NCBI GenBank assembly: GCA_963796275.1
Contig: CAWCKY010000001.1
Coordinates: 480,001 to 544,000 of the forward strand
Length of the DNA: 64,000 nucleotides
Reading direction: 5' to 3'
Source of the DNA: an uncultured Acidobacteriota bacterium
Lineage (GTDB): Bacteria; Acidobacteriota; Blastocatellia; RBC074
Part shown: positions 1-9,652 of the stretch, in pieces
How positions within the stretch are numbered: position 1 is the first letter of the stretch
Layout of the letters: every line of letters starts with the position of its first letter
Position numbers and translations under genes: made by a program
The notes under the pieces: model-generated
Told to the model about the DNA's origin: nothing
What the model saw: the letters and a program-made list of their open reading frames with translations, nothing else
Databases searched by the model: none

Positions 1-724
1 ACAACCCGACCAGGTGCGGGATGCCGAATTGGTCCCTTATTACCTTCAATTCCTTGAGTTGTGGAGCGGCGACCTTTAGGGCAGAAAGTATTTTCTTGAG
101 GCGCGAATCTCTAATCTTTGTAGAAGTGTTCTCTACACGCTGTAAAAAATCGCGACCAAACGGATCGTTCTCTATTTGCGCCGGAGAGAATCCTTGAGGA
201 TCACGTATAACCTGTGGAAGCAGATGCTGGTAATTGACGCTCTGGAAAAAAAGGACTATGGGTCGAAATTCTTTGTTGGCATTGATCTGTTCAAGCGAAG
301 TTTGGGTGAGACGAAGGATATCGGCTTTATCCGTTTGGTCCGGACGATGCAGCAATTCTCGACCGTTGTGTTCAACATGCTCTTCTTTAATTTGCGGGAT
401 TCGCTGCTTATCCTGATTGAATCTTAACCGATAGAGCCACCCATCCTCTCCAGAATCATCTTTCAATACAACCTCAATCAATATATCTGAGTGTTGACGA
501 GCTGCCAGACAACGGATAGCCGAAACTCCGCCTCGACTTTCGATAGCTTGTCGAAGTCCTCCTCCCTTGGGAAGGCAAAGATCACGCAGAAAACGAAAAA
601 TGTCGAGGAAATTCGACTTGCCAGAGGCGTTCGGCCCAATGAGAAATACCCGCCGTCTAAGCATTACATCGCCTTTCCGAAAATTCTTCCAATTTTCAAT
701 CCTCAATCTTTGGACATACAACAT
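1..724 (-). CDS. AAA_21/SMC-RecF-like ATPase (COG4637-like), 3' end outside window
   Basis: Absent from the ORF track. Manual translation from ATG 724: MLYVQRLRIENWKNFRKGDVMLRRRVFLIGPNASGKSNFLDIFRFLRD...; Walker A GPNASGKS and the typical ENWKNF N-terminus; frame open to the window edge. Confidence 0.85.
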   Translation of the reverse strand, partial: MLYVQRLRIENWKNFRKGDVMLRRRVFLIGPNASGKSNFLDIFRFLRDLCLPKGGGLRQAIESRGGVSAIRCLAARQHSDILIEVVLKDDSGEDGWLYRLRFNQDKQRIPQIKEEHVEHNGRELLHRPDQTDKADILRLTQTSLEQINANKEFRPIVLFFQSVNYQHLLPQVIRDPQGFSPAQIENDPFGRDFLQRVENTSTKIRDSRLKKILSALKVAAPQLKELKVIRDQFGIPHLVGL

Positions 725-818
725 TCTTAAGTCTACCTCACATCTTCTTTGCCGCTCTCTCCATTCATCAAGCTGTCAAAGCCTATCATTCGAAGTATAG
801 ATTAGCTCTCTTCTATTA

Positions 819-1874
819 CTATTCAGCCTGTGGTTTTAAGACCGTCTTCACATAACTGCCATTGTGCATCCCGTCGAAACATGCCTGCCAGTCTGGCAAA
901 CCCGCCACGCGACTGATGACCGGCTTCAGATTGATCTGTTCCGAGGTGAGCATCGACACCACCTGCTCCCAGTTCTGAAATGTATGGCTGAAGCTGCCCT
1001 GCAGCGTGACGGCTTTTTGCACCAGCGGATCGAGCGAAAAATTGAACGGTTGTGGCCCCCAACCCACTTTTGTGATCTGCCCTCCGGGTCTCACTATATC
1101 GAGCGCGGTCTTCAAGGCCACGGAAGCGCCCGCAGCATCGATCACAAGATGCGCGCCTGCTCCATCGCCGATACCCTGCACGAAATCAACCGGATCGGTC
1201 TCATTCAGGTTCAGCGCATGCGTAACACCCAGGTTCCGGGCGGCCGCCAGACGCGAGGCGTCTTGGTCGATTCCTGCGATGATCACAGACCCCGCGCCAT
1301 TTATCCTCGCCATCTCCGCACAGAGCATCCCGATCGGCCCCGGACCGAGCACTACAACGATATCCCCCGGCCTGATTTTGCTTTTGACGGCCACACAGTT
1401 ATAAGCGACACAACATGGTTCTGTCAGGGCCGCGCGCTCGAACGGCAAAGAGTCGGGAATATGGTGCAGGCAGCGTTCCGGCACGCGCACGAAATTGGCC
1501 ATCGCTCCGTTGATTCCGTAGCCGAATCCTTTTCGTTGCGGGCAGATATTGTATTCGCCCGCGCGACAATAGAGGCATTGGCCGCAGATCGATGCGGCGG
1601 TTTCTGAAACCACACGGTCGCCTTCTTTGAACCCGCGAACTCGGCTGCCGGTTCTCGCCACGACGCCGCCGAATTCATGTCCGAGGACGACGGGAGTGCG
1701 AACTGCCCAGCTCTGTGTGCCGTGGTACTGATGAACGTCGCTGCCGCATACGCTGACTGCCCCTACCTGCAATAAGATTTCCTCTTCGCCGATCTCGGGA
1801 ACAGGCAACTCGCGCAATTCGACAGAATGAGGTTTCAGGTCAAATTGAACTATTCCATTCATTATTTCGCTCAT
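819..1874 (-). CDS. Zn-dependent alcohol/polyol dehydrogenase (MDR family)
   Basis: VCGSDVH, GHEFGG, structural Zn cluster CGQCLYC...C, GPGPIG Rossmann motif. Confidence 0.92.
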   Translation of the reverse strand: MSEIMNGIVQFDLKPHSVELRELPVPEIGEEEILLQVGAVSVCGSDVHQYHGTQSWAVRTPVVLGHEFGGVVARTGSRVRGFKEGDRVVSETAASICGQCLYCRAGEYNICPQRKGFGYGINGAMANFVRVPERCLHHIPDSLPFERAALTEPCCVAYNCVAVKSKIRPGDIVVVLGPGPIGMLCAEMARINGAGSVIIAGIDQDASRLAAARNLGVTHALNLNETDPVDFVQGIGDGAGAHLVIDAAGASVALKTALDIVRPGGQITKVGWGPQPFNFSLDPLVQKAVTLQGSFSHTFQNWEQVVSMLTSEQINLKPVISRVAGLPDWQACFDGMHNGSYVKTVLKPQAE

Positions 1875-1878
1875 AGCT

Positions 1879-2562
1879 TCAGCTTTCTCTGATCCTCCTG
1901 GTAATTTCTATCAATAAGGCTTTCAAATCGCCTTTCGCCACGTTAAATGAATAAGCGTCGATCGCCAGCGGCGCCCCGATTACCACCAGCGGCGCACCTC
2001 GTTTCGGCATGCCGATGGCTTCTTCGATGGTGAGACCGCCGACCGCCTGTACGGGGATTCTCACGGCTTTGACTACCGCATCGAGATCATCGATCGGGGA
2101 GAGACGATTTCCGGTTCGGGCCATTATCCCGTTGCGCTCGTCAAAGCCGGTATGATGGACGATGTAATCAACCCCGAGGCCCTCCATCCACCTGCTTGCT
2201 TCGGCTTTGTCGTCGCATGCCATATTATCGCCCATCACTTTGATACCGTAATCGCGGCCGGCTTTGACCACGGCTTTGATGGTCTCTTCGTGGGCGCGCG
2301 CCATGACCACTACGTGCGTCGCTCCTGCCTTCGCCATCATCTCCGCCTCGAGGTAACCCCCGTCCATTGTTTTCAGATCGGCGACGATGGGATGATGCGG
2401 GAACTCGGCGCGCAGTGCGCGGACGCCGTTTAGTCCCTCGGCGAGGATCAACGGCGTGCCCGCTTCAAGCCAATCGACGCCGGCCTCGACCGCGATGCGC
2501 GCGGTCTCTATGGCTTCTTTCAGCTCCGTGAGATCGAGTGAGATTTGAACGATTGGGTTCAT
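1879..2562 (-). CDS. HPS/KGPDC-family (OMP decarboxylase superfamily) enzyme
   Basis: QISLD, LEAGTPLI and ADLKTMDGG motifs of the 3-hexulose-6-P synthase / 3-keto-L-gulonate-6-P decarboxylase family. Confidence 0.85.
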   Translation of the reverse strand: MNPIVQISLDLTELKEAIETARIAVEAGVDWLEAGTPLILAEGLNGVRALRAEFPHHPIVADLKTMDGGYLEAEMMAKAGATHVVVMARAHEETIKAVVKAGRDYGIKVMGDNMACDDKAEASRWMEGLGVDYIVHHTGFDERNGIMARTGNRLSPIDDLDAVVKAVRIPVQAVGGLTIEEAIGMPKRGAPLVVIGAPLAIDAYSFNVAKGDLKALLIEITRRIRES

Positions 2563-3320
2563 AGGTTACGGATTTTGATATTGCGGAACCAGACGGCGTC
2601 GCCGTGATCCTGCAGCAGAATGTGCCCCTTCGGCGCTTCGCCGAATCCCTTCGTGTTCTTGAATTTGCTCTGGGCGATGCGCTGCTTGAAATCGGCGCTG
2701 CTGCGGTCAAATTCGAGGACTTTCACTCCATTAAGCCAGTGCTCGATGCGATTTCCTCTGACGACGATGCGGGTCTCATTGAACTGGCCGATCGGCTTGA
2801 CTTTTCGTGCGTTGCCTGGCGGGATCAGATCATAGAGGGCACCGGCAGTTCGATTGCCGCCAATCCCCATCTTCGCATCGGGGTGATTCTCATCGTCGAG
2901 CACCTGATATTCAAAGCTGACTCCGGATCTGCCCGATGGCGGCATGCTCTCCGTCACGAGATACTTGATGCCGCTGTTTCCGCGAGGGCTCAATTTCCAT
3001 TCGATCTGCAATTCAAAGTCAGAGAACTGATCGACGGTAATCAGATCGCCCCCCGCCCGGCCGAGCTGGCTTTGCGCCTGAACCTTCTTGATGGCTCCCT
3101 CTTCGATGGCCCAACCTTCGGGCACCTTATCGCTGTGAAAGCCGCGCCAGCCGTTGAACGTCTTGCCGTCGAATAACAATCGCCAACCGGCGGTCTTTTC
3201 TGTGCCGGTCAGTTGATTGATGGTCGCTTTAGCGGGTGTTTGAGAGCTTCCGTTTTGGGATATTACTAAAACGGCAAGGAAAGTGACGGACATCATTGAT
3301 GGAAAAAATTTGTTTTGCAT
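2559..3320 (-). CDS. DUF1080 secreted protein (3-keto-glycoside hydrolase-like)
   Basis: LLFDGKTFNGW, GNSGIKY, EYQVLD, GHILLQDHG..VWFRNIKIR; signal peptide from ATG 3320. Confidence 0.9.
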   Translation of the reverse strand: MQNKFFPSMMSVTFLAVLVISQNGSSQTPAKATINQLTGTEKTAGWRLLFDGKTFNGWRGFHSDKVPEGWAIEEGAIKKVQAQSQLGRAGGDLITVDQFSDFELQIEWKLSPRGNSGIKYLVTESMPPSGRSGVSFEYQVLDDENHPDAKMGIGGNRTAGALYDLIPPGNARKVKPIGQFNETRIVVRGNRIEHWLNGVKVLEFDRSSADFKQRIAQSKFKNTKGFGEAPKGHILLQDHGDAVWFRNIKIRNL

Positions 3321-3338
3321 TATTTTCCTCAGAAAATA

Positions 3339-3387
3339 GACAGGATTTACAGGATCGAAGTAAATCCTGAAAAATCCTGTGAATCCC
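3339..3387. repeat. Short inverted tandem-repeat element (CAGGAT.. / ..ATCCTG)
   Basis: gacaggatttacaggat ... atcctgaaaaatcctgtgaatcc in an intergenic region. Confidence 0.55.
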
Positions 3388-3563
3388 ATCTGGATTTCAT
3401 CGTTTCAGAGCGTCTTCAAGTGAAGACACAGCTACTTGACAGTATTGTGGCGCACAGATAAATTCGCCGCGACTACTACCGATCACGAAATGTGCAGGCA
3501 TTATAAGCGCAATAATTGTTCAAGACCAGAAGCATGATCGCAAACATTATCGGAGGAAAGACT

Positions 3564-4910
3564 ATGAAACGCACTCTCGTTCTTTCACTGAGCGCCGCAA
3601 TTCTCCTGACCTCGGTGATCGTGGATATACCTGTTCTCTCGCAGATGGCGGTTCCGGGCCTGCCCACCGCTAAACCCGAAGATGTCGGTATGTCATCGGA
3701 ACGTCTGGGGCGCATTCGTACTGCGATGCAGCGTTACGTCGACCGCGGGCTCATACCCGGCACGGTAACGCTGGTCGCGCGGCGCGGACGTATTGTGCAT
3801 TTCGAGGCGATCGGTCATCGCGATGTGGAGAAGCGCGCCCCGATGACTACCGATACCATCTTTCGAATCGCCTCGATGACCAAGCCGATCGCTTCAGTCG
3901 CGTTGATGATGCTTTTCGAAGAGGGTCATTTCCTGCTCTCCGATCCAATCTCGAAATTCCTACCCGTGTTCTCAGACATGAAAGTTGCCCAGGTTGCGCC
4001 GGCGAACGAACGCATCGGAGCGCCATATAAACTCGTGCCCGCCGCGAGACCGATCACATTCAAGCATGTCCTGACTCATACGGCCGGATTCCCCAACTCT
4101 TATCGCGGATTGACGCAATCCGAGTTCGGCAAAATCTATTCGCGTAAGAATCCCAATGAAACAGTTGCTGATCTGGTAACCCGGCTGGCCCAAATGCCGC
4201 TCAACTTTCATCCGGGAGATAGTTGGGAATACGGACCCGCAACCGACGTAGCAGGCAGATTGGTCGAGGTCATTTCCGGAACGACGCTCGACGAGTTCCT
4301 GGCCAAGCGGATATTCGAACCGCTGAAGATGAAAGACACACACTTCTATCTGCCTAAGTCCAAGCTCGATCGCTTGGCTGCCAGCTATCAACCGGATGAA
4401 AATAACGGCAACAAGATCAAGCTCTTCGAGGCGCCCAATGCCGAGAGCCCGTTTGTGAAGGAACCGCAGGTCTACTTCTCGGGCGCAGGCGGCCTGGTTT
4501 CGACGGCGGGGGACTACTGGAGATTTCATCAGATGATGCTCAATGGCGGAGAGCTCGATGGCGCCAGGATCCTAGGTCGTAAAACCGTCGAGTTAATCAC
4601 GGCAAATCATACCGGCGATCTCCCACTCTGGCTGACCGGCCCAGGTTACGGTTTTGGTTTGGGCTACAGCGTTGTGAAGGACATAGGTGTAACCAGCCAG
4701 CCTGGCTCAATAGGCAACTACGGTTGGGGAGGTGCGCGCTGCACATTTTTCTGGGTAGACCCCGCAGAGGAGTTGATCGGAATACTCATGACACAGGTCC
4801 GCCCATATAATCACCTCAACATTCGCGCTGAATTTCAGGTGTTGGCCAATCAGGCGATCACCGACCATGTGAAACCGATGAATAAAAACGTCCAGACCAC
4901 GAAGCGCTGA
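3564..4910 (+). CDS. Serine hydrolase, beta-lactamase class C/esterase family, secreted
   Basis: FRIASMTK (SxxK), LLTHT-like VLTHTAG, WEYG, GWGG; RBS ggagg before ATG 3564. Confidence 0.9.
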   Translation: MKRTLVLSLSAAILLTSVIVDIPVLSQMAVPGLPTAKPEDVGMSSERLGRIRTAMQRYVDRGLIPGTVTLVARRGRIVHFEAIGHRDVEKRAPMTTDTIFRIASMTKPIASVALMMLFEEGHFLLSDPISKFLPVFSDMKVAQVAPANERIGAPYKLVPAARPITFKHVLTHTAGFPNSYRGLTQSEFGKIYSRKNPNETVADLVTRLAQMPLNFHPGDSWEYGPATDVAGRLVEVISGTTLDEFLAKRIFEPLKMKDTHFYLPKSKLDRLAASYQPDENNGNKIKLFEAPNAESPFVKEPQVYFSGAGGLVSTAGDYWRFHQMMLNGGELDGARILGRKTVELITANHTGDLPLWLTGPGYGFGLGYSVVKDIGVTSQPGSIGNYGWGGARCTFFWVDPAEELIGILMTQVRPYNHLNIRAEFQVLANQAITDHVKPMNKNVQTTKR

Positions 4911-4963
4911 TCGCAAGTTTGTTGAACTAAATATAATCAAGATATTCAAGGAGGAGAAACACT

Positions 4964-5485
4964 ATGAAGAACCCTTTTTTATTCCTGGGCCTATGTGCCG
5001 TATTTCTGCTGACTCTCTTCGTTTCCGCCGATGCTCAGACGAAGCCTGCCGGAGCGAATTTCGCCGGCACCTGGGTCCTGGATAAGGCGAAGAGCGAATT
5101 GCCACAGATGATGCAGAATCTCGACGGCGTTACCTGGGTTATCACACAAGATGACAAACAGCTCACCAGGGAGCAAAGATTTGAAGGCGGTGGCCGCGGC
5201 AGGATCGGAAATGTTCCGCTGACGTTCAAGCTCGATGGCAGCGAGACTTCTACGGACGCGCCTCAGATTTCCGGAAAGAGGATTGCCAAGTCTCAATGGC
5301 AGGGAGACGGAAAAATCCTTGAAGTGAGTGTAGTCACGACCGGCAGCTTTCAGGGCAACGATATAAAATCAACGACAACCGAGCATTGGGAATTAGCGGA
5401 AGGCGGGAAGGTACTCAAAGTCCATCAACAGATCGAAGGTACGCGCGGAAATTTCGAATCGAAGTTGTTCTTCAATAAGAAATAG
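4964..5485 (+). CDS. Secreted hypothetical beta-rich protein
   Basis: Signal peptide, NFAGTWVLDKAKS (GxW, lipocalin-like), RBS aggag. Confidence 0.75.
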   Translation: MKNPFLFLGLCAVFLLTLFVSADAQTKPAGANFAGTWVLDKAKSELPQMMQNLDGVTWVITQDDKQLTREQRFEGGGRGRIGNVPLTFKLDGSETSTDAPQISGKRIAKSQWQGDGKILEVSVVTTGSFQGNDIKSTTTEHWELAEGGKVLKVHQQIEGTRGNFESKLFFNKK

Positions 5486-5496
5486 CGCGGCGGGAA

Positions 5497-5551
5497 ACAA
5501 AAAAGGCAAATTTGCAAAAATAACAATATTTCGCATCTTTGCCTTTTTTGT
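5497..5551. terminator. Inverted repeat between convergent genes, likely bidirectional terminator
   Basis: acaaaaaaggcaaa ... tttgccttttttgt. Confidence 0.6.
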
Positions 5552-5562
5552 ATCGGAAAACC

Positions 5563-6126
5563 TCAACTCAACTTTTTCACCAATGCCTGCATCTGTTTAA
5601 ACTCAGGCGTCCCCGCATTGCACAGCTCGAAAAGGGCCGTCTCGATCGATGAAACGATGGCTCCCGCCTCCGTCATCTTTTGTATTGCCACCTCGCGGTT
5701 ATGCGCCAGCCTGGTTGAAAGCGCATCGGTCAAGAGATGCACCTGGAAACCATTCTGAATGAGATCGTGGGCCGTCTGGCTAACACAGATGTGAGCCTCG
5801 ATGCCGCATATCATAACCTGCTCGACATGACGCTCGCGCAACCTGGTGTCGAACTCCTGCACTCCGCAGGCTGAGAAAGAGAGTTTTTCAATCGGCTCCA
5901 GTCCGTCGGTGATCTGTTCGGTAATCTCTTCTACCGTATGACCGAGACCTTTGGGGTATTGTTCGGTGACTATTACCGGCAACCCGAGCAGCCGGCAAGC
6001 TTGCACCATCAATGCGACGCGCTCTGCTGTTTGAGCGAATCCCGTGATGACCGGGCGGAAGCCTTCCTGCATATCGATCACTGCCAGCGCGGCACGTTTG
6101 CGGTCGAGTAAATTTGGATGTCTCAT
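5563..6126 (-). CDS. Isochorismatase-family cysteine hydrolase (YcaC-related)
   Basis: VIDMQE, TEQYPKGLG, EKLSFS, GIEAHICV. Confidence 0.9.
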   Translation of the reverse strand: MRHPNLLDRKRAALAVIDMQEGFRPVITGFAQTAERVALMVQACRLLGLPVIVTEQYPKGLGHTVEEITEQITDGLEPIEKLSFSACGVQEFDTRLRERHVEQVMICGIEAHICVSQTAHDLIQNGFQVHLLTDALSTRLAHNREVAIQKMTEAGAIVSSIETALFELCNAGTPEFKQMQALVKKLS

Positions 6127-6127
6127 A

Positions 6128-7075
6128 TCAATCTTTTGTCGCGGGGTTGGTTGGCACTGGAGAGATAGCCGGATCGCTCGTCACCCAGGCTGTCCACCAC
6201 AGGTCTCGCAGCAGCTGCGCCCCCGCGGCCAACCTGGCAGCCGCGAATTTCTTATGTCCCGGCGCAACATTCTCTTTACTGAACTGTTCTTGCTTGTCGA
6301 GGATGTAAAGTTGTTCAACGTGAGAGTTCGAGTCGCGCAGATATCCCCAGACCTCTTCGCGCGGATTTGAGACGACCTTCGCCTTATCGTCGACAAGCGG
6401 TATCACGTCGCTCAATTTTATCTGCGCGCCAACAAATTCCTCCTCGAACCTGAAATGTATTCCGCGCTCGCGTGAAAATATCGCATAACCTTGGGGATTG
6501 GATCCGCTCCATCCGTTGAAATGTATGGTCGTATGATGAGGGTTAGCGCCATCGCTCACATAATGGCCGAGAATCCCCGCGTCGTTGACGATCCGTGCCT
6601 CTATCCACTTTCGTCTCTGCTGGTCCGTCTCTGCACGCCATAGGCGAAAATCCACGCGGATGCGTTGAAACAGTTCGAGGATGCGGTAGGGCAGGAATCC
6701 GGCCTTTGTTGGCTTCTGCCCGGCGTTGATCATCTCCGCTACAAAATCATATCGATTCACGGCTCGCGTTGCGCTCTCCGGCACGAGTTCCATATCTAGA
6801 AAGTGATCAGGAGCTGAGGCTGTGTCCATGGCCTTGTCCAGATTCGATTCCGCCTTGTCGCGCCAGCGGTCGGGTTCGATATTGAGGTATCCGAGTTGAT
6901 CGACCGATTGGCGAACGAAACCCGGCATCTCCTTCGGCAACTTCATTGCGGCGGCGCGGCCGGATATCTCGTGCCCATGTGGCCCCCAACCTCGCACGTA
7001 AGGCGATCCGGTCGCCATTATCGCAATCGCGATCAGCAGGGAAATAAAAATTCGTATCGTGCCAGCTTTTATCAT
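6128..7075 (-). CDS. S1/P1-family nuclease, secreted
   Basis: Signal peptide, then WGPHGH; PDRWRD, HFLD, GHYVSDGANPHH Zn ligands. Confidence 0.8.
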   Translation of the reverse strand: MIKAGTIRIFISLLIAIAIMATGSPYVRGWGPHGHEISGRAAAMKLPKEMPGFVRQSVDQLGYLNIEPDRWRDKAESNLDKAMDTASAPDHFLDMELVPESATRAVNRYDFVAEMINAGQKPTKAGFLPYRILELFQRIRVDFRLWRAETDQQRRKWIEARIVNDAGILGHYVSDGANPHHTTIHFNGWSGSNPQGYAIFSRERGIHFRFEEEFVGAQIKLSDVIPLVDDKAKVVSNPREEVWGYLRDSNSHVEQLYILDKQEQFSKENVAPGHKKFAAARLAAGAQLLRDLWWTAWVTSDPAISPVPTNPATKD

Positions 7076-7328
7076 CTCTGTGCCTCTGTGGTTATCTCAA
7101 GCATGTCGCATTCGTACGGATATCATTTCTATCACAATATTATAAAGATATTGAATTCGGGTATGTACGCCCTGGAGGGGCAGAAAAAGTTTGCCAGTAG
7201 TTTACGCTACCCTCAGTCGGAATCCTCCCTCCCATTTAATAGGTTGCATATAATAGTCAAAGACCGCTATTGCTGGCTACTCTCAACTATTCTTAAGGGG
7301 ACAAAGAAAGCTGAGATTGCCGAGCCCT

Positions 7329-8876
7329 TCATTTCCGTGGAGCCAGGTCGACACCGTAAAGTTTTTTACCCTCCAGGTCGTGCAAATTGACCGTCATGGC
7401 TTCGGTTCTCCCGTCGATTCTGACGGAGCCGAAAAACTGCAGCCCATCGCTTGGAGGACGGTTCTTTTTCAACCCATTCGGTACGCCGGTGAATTTCACC
7501 TGCGGTCCGAACGTATCGTCAATTTTGCCGGGATCAAAAGTGCCTGCGTTGAGCGGTCCGGCAATAAATTCCCAAAAGGGGTTAAAGTCAGTAAATTTAG
7601 CTTTGACGGGATCGTAATAATGAGCGGCACTATAATGGACATCAGCCGTCACCCACACAACATTATTGATTTTCCGCTGTTTTATGAAACGCAGCAGGTC
7701 CGCTATCTCAAGCTCGCGACCCAAAGCGGGTCCGTTACCGTTGGCGCAGTTTTCGAACCTGTCGCTGCCATCGGGCACGATAATGCCGATCGGCATACTG
7801 CTTGCCACGACCTTCCATGTAGCTTTCGACATCAATAGGCGCTGCTTGAGCCAGTTGAGTTGTCGAGCGCCCAGGAATAGAGTCTCGTCGCTCGCTGCCG
7901 CCTGATTATTTGCCGTATTCGGCCCGCGGTAGCTTCGTTCATCCAGCATCAACACATCAAGCAGCGGACCGTAGCTATATGCCCGATAGATACGTTCGGA
8001 GTCGTCGATGTTTAAACGGATCGGCAGGTAGTCGAGAAAAGCCCGCCTGGCCCGGGCCGCCAGCAGGTCAGCGCTCTTCACCGTGTAGTTGTCGTCATCG
8101 ATGATCTGACCTGGAAACCAATTGTTGCGCGTCTCGTGGTCATCCCACTGCGCAAGCACAGGCACTTCCGAGTTGAAGCGTCGCAGGTTTTCATCCATCA
8201 GGTTGTAACGGTAATTGCCGCGAAATTCATCGAGCGTTTCTGCCACTTTCGACTTTTCCGGCGTCGCGATATTCTTCCAGATTGAGCCGTCATCGAGTTT
8301 AACCTCGGCCTTTAACACTCCATCTGCATATATGGTATCCCCGGAGTGAATGAAGAAATCCGGACTGAGCCTTCGCATGGCTTCAAAGATTTTCATTCCA
8401 CCAAATTCGGGATTGATACCCCATCCTTGCCCGCAAACGTCGCCACCCCAGACAAAGGTAATCGCGCGGCGAGTTCTAGGGACGGTTCGAAAACTCCCGG
8501 TGACCGGCTCGCTGAAAACCCTGACATCGGTTAAATCCTGAAATGTCACGCGATAGTTAATCTGCTGTCCGGCAGGCAAATCGATCAGATCGACGCGCGC
8601 CGTAAAATCGCTCGGCTCGAGCGCAACCGGGCCGGTTATTCGTTGGACATTCTGGAAAGAGTCAGTCGTTGCATATTCCACGATCATCCGTGCTGGCCGA
8701 TCGCAGCGGCTCCAGATGATCGCCCGATCGGATGTCACATCGCCCGTCTGAACGCCGTAAGCGATTTTGGGTCTAGCTGAGGTGATGATCGCCGGGGAGC
8801 TATTCGGGCGCAAAGAGTGATGGATCAACCCACCGCCAGCCACCGCGGCGGTGAGTATGAATTGTCGTCTTTTCAT
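7329..8876 (-). CDS. phoD: Alkaline phosphatase D family, Tat-exported
   Basis: MKRRQFIL Tat signal; HSGDTIYAD, WDDHE, TADVHY; start overlaps the upstream stop (TAATG). Confidence 0.93.
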   Translation of the reverse strand: MKRRQFILTAAVAGGGLIHHSLRPNSSPAIITSARPKIAYGVQTGDVTSDRAIIWSRCDRPARMIVEYATTDSFQNVQRITGPVALEPSDFTARVDLIDLPAGQQINYRVTFQDLTDVRVFSEPVTGSFRTVPRTRRAITFVWGGDVCGQGWGINPEFGGMKIFEAMRRLSPDFFIHSGDTIYADGVLKAEVKLDDGSIWKNIATPEKSKVAETLDEFRGNYRYNLMDENLRRFNSEVPVLAQWDDHETRNNWFPGQIIDDDNYTVKSADLLAARARRAFLDYLPIRLNIDDSERIYRAYSYGPLLDVLMLDERSYRGPNTANNQAAASDETLFLGARQLNWLKQRLLMSKATWKVVASSMPIGIIVPDGSDRFENCANGNGPALGRELEIADLLRFIKQRKINNVVWVTADVHYSAAHYYDPVKAKFTDFNPFWEFIAGPLNAGTFDPGKIDDTFGPQVKFTGVPNGLKKNRPPSDGLQFFGSVRIDGRTEAMTVNLHDLEGKKLYGVDLAPRK

Positions 8877-9526
8877 TATCCTTTTTGCCGCTCCCAGGCT
8901 TCCACCTGTTTCTTCGAGCGGTTGAGGACAATGCGCTCCCGCTCGATTTTTGCCACCCAATCAGCCGGAACTCTCATCGGATGCTTCAGCACATAACCCC
9001 GCGTGATGATTATGCCGCTCAATCCCCAATCGGGCTCGGATAACAAAACTTCATGCACTTCACCGAGCTTATGCCCATCGCACGACTCGACATAGATGCC
9101 TCGCCGAATCGCGCTTTCAGAGGGCGCAAGCAATTGATCGGTGACTACCACACCTGGCGTATGCAGTGGGTCTCCGAAAGCATTGGCGAAAAGCGGGACG
9201 AAGTAGTTTATCCAATCCGTCGGTTTAACCTTGGATCGTGGATGTTCGACCTGCTCCTCGTCGAGCAGATCGAGCCTCACGTAATGCTGAAGCTCGAAGT
9301 TTGGCAGCGCTGCGATCTGATCATGCGATTGTTCGATTCGTACACGATCGCGATCAGACCCAAACACCCACTCGACCGGCATCAAGATGTGGCGCGCGTA
9401 AAGCGCCCGACCCTGTTTAACGACCAGGTGAGTCGCCTCGTATGACTCGCGGTCGAGAACTATACATTCGAGTCGCCCGATATCTTCTCCATAATTTTCA
9501 ACAGTTGCTCCGATATGGATATCCAT
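8876..9526 (-). CDS. Tandem PRC-barrel domain protein
   Basis: Two G..V...G..IG.V..V.L repeats typical of PRC barrels. Confidence 0.7.
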   Translation of the reverse strand: MDIHIGATVENYGEDIGRLECIVLDRESYEATHLVVKQGRALYARHILMPVEWVFGSDRDRVRIEQSHDQIAALPNFELQHYVRLDLLDEEQVEHPRSKVKPTDWINYFVPLFANAFGDPLHTPGVVVTDQLLAPSESAIRRGIYVESCDGHKLGEVHEVLLSEPDWGLSGIIITRGYVLKHPMRVPADWVAKIERERIVLNRSKKQVEAWERQKG

Positions 9527-9652
9527 AGACCCGCTCCCTTCTCAATGAGAGGAAATGGAGGGTCAAATTCAAAGAAGACACGAGGACAATGAAATGTGGA
9601 TTTCTCATTGCCTCTGTGGGCCCCCGCTCACTTCGTCTCCCAGTCTTTGCCT

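Noticed and set aside
1879-2562. Evidence of methylotrophy (RuMP pathway)
   Set aside because: No isomerase or C1-oxidation genes nearby; context is sugar catabolism
3564-4910. Beta-lactamase as target of the BlaI/M56 units
   Set aside because: 22 kb away, generic esterase-like family, and no CAAC-N10-GTTG operator seen upstream
7119-7150. Possible Pho box upstream of the nuclease
   Set aside because: The TATCA repeats are 9 bp apart rather than 11, and the match is weak
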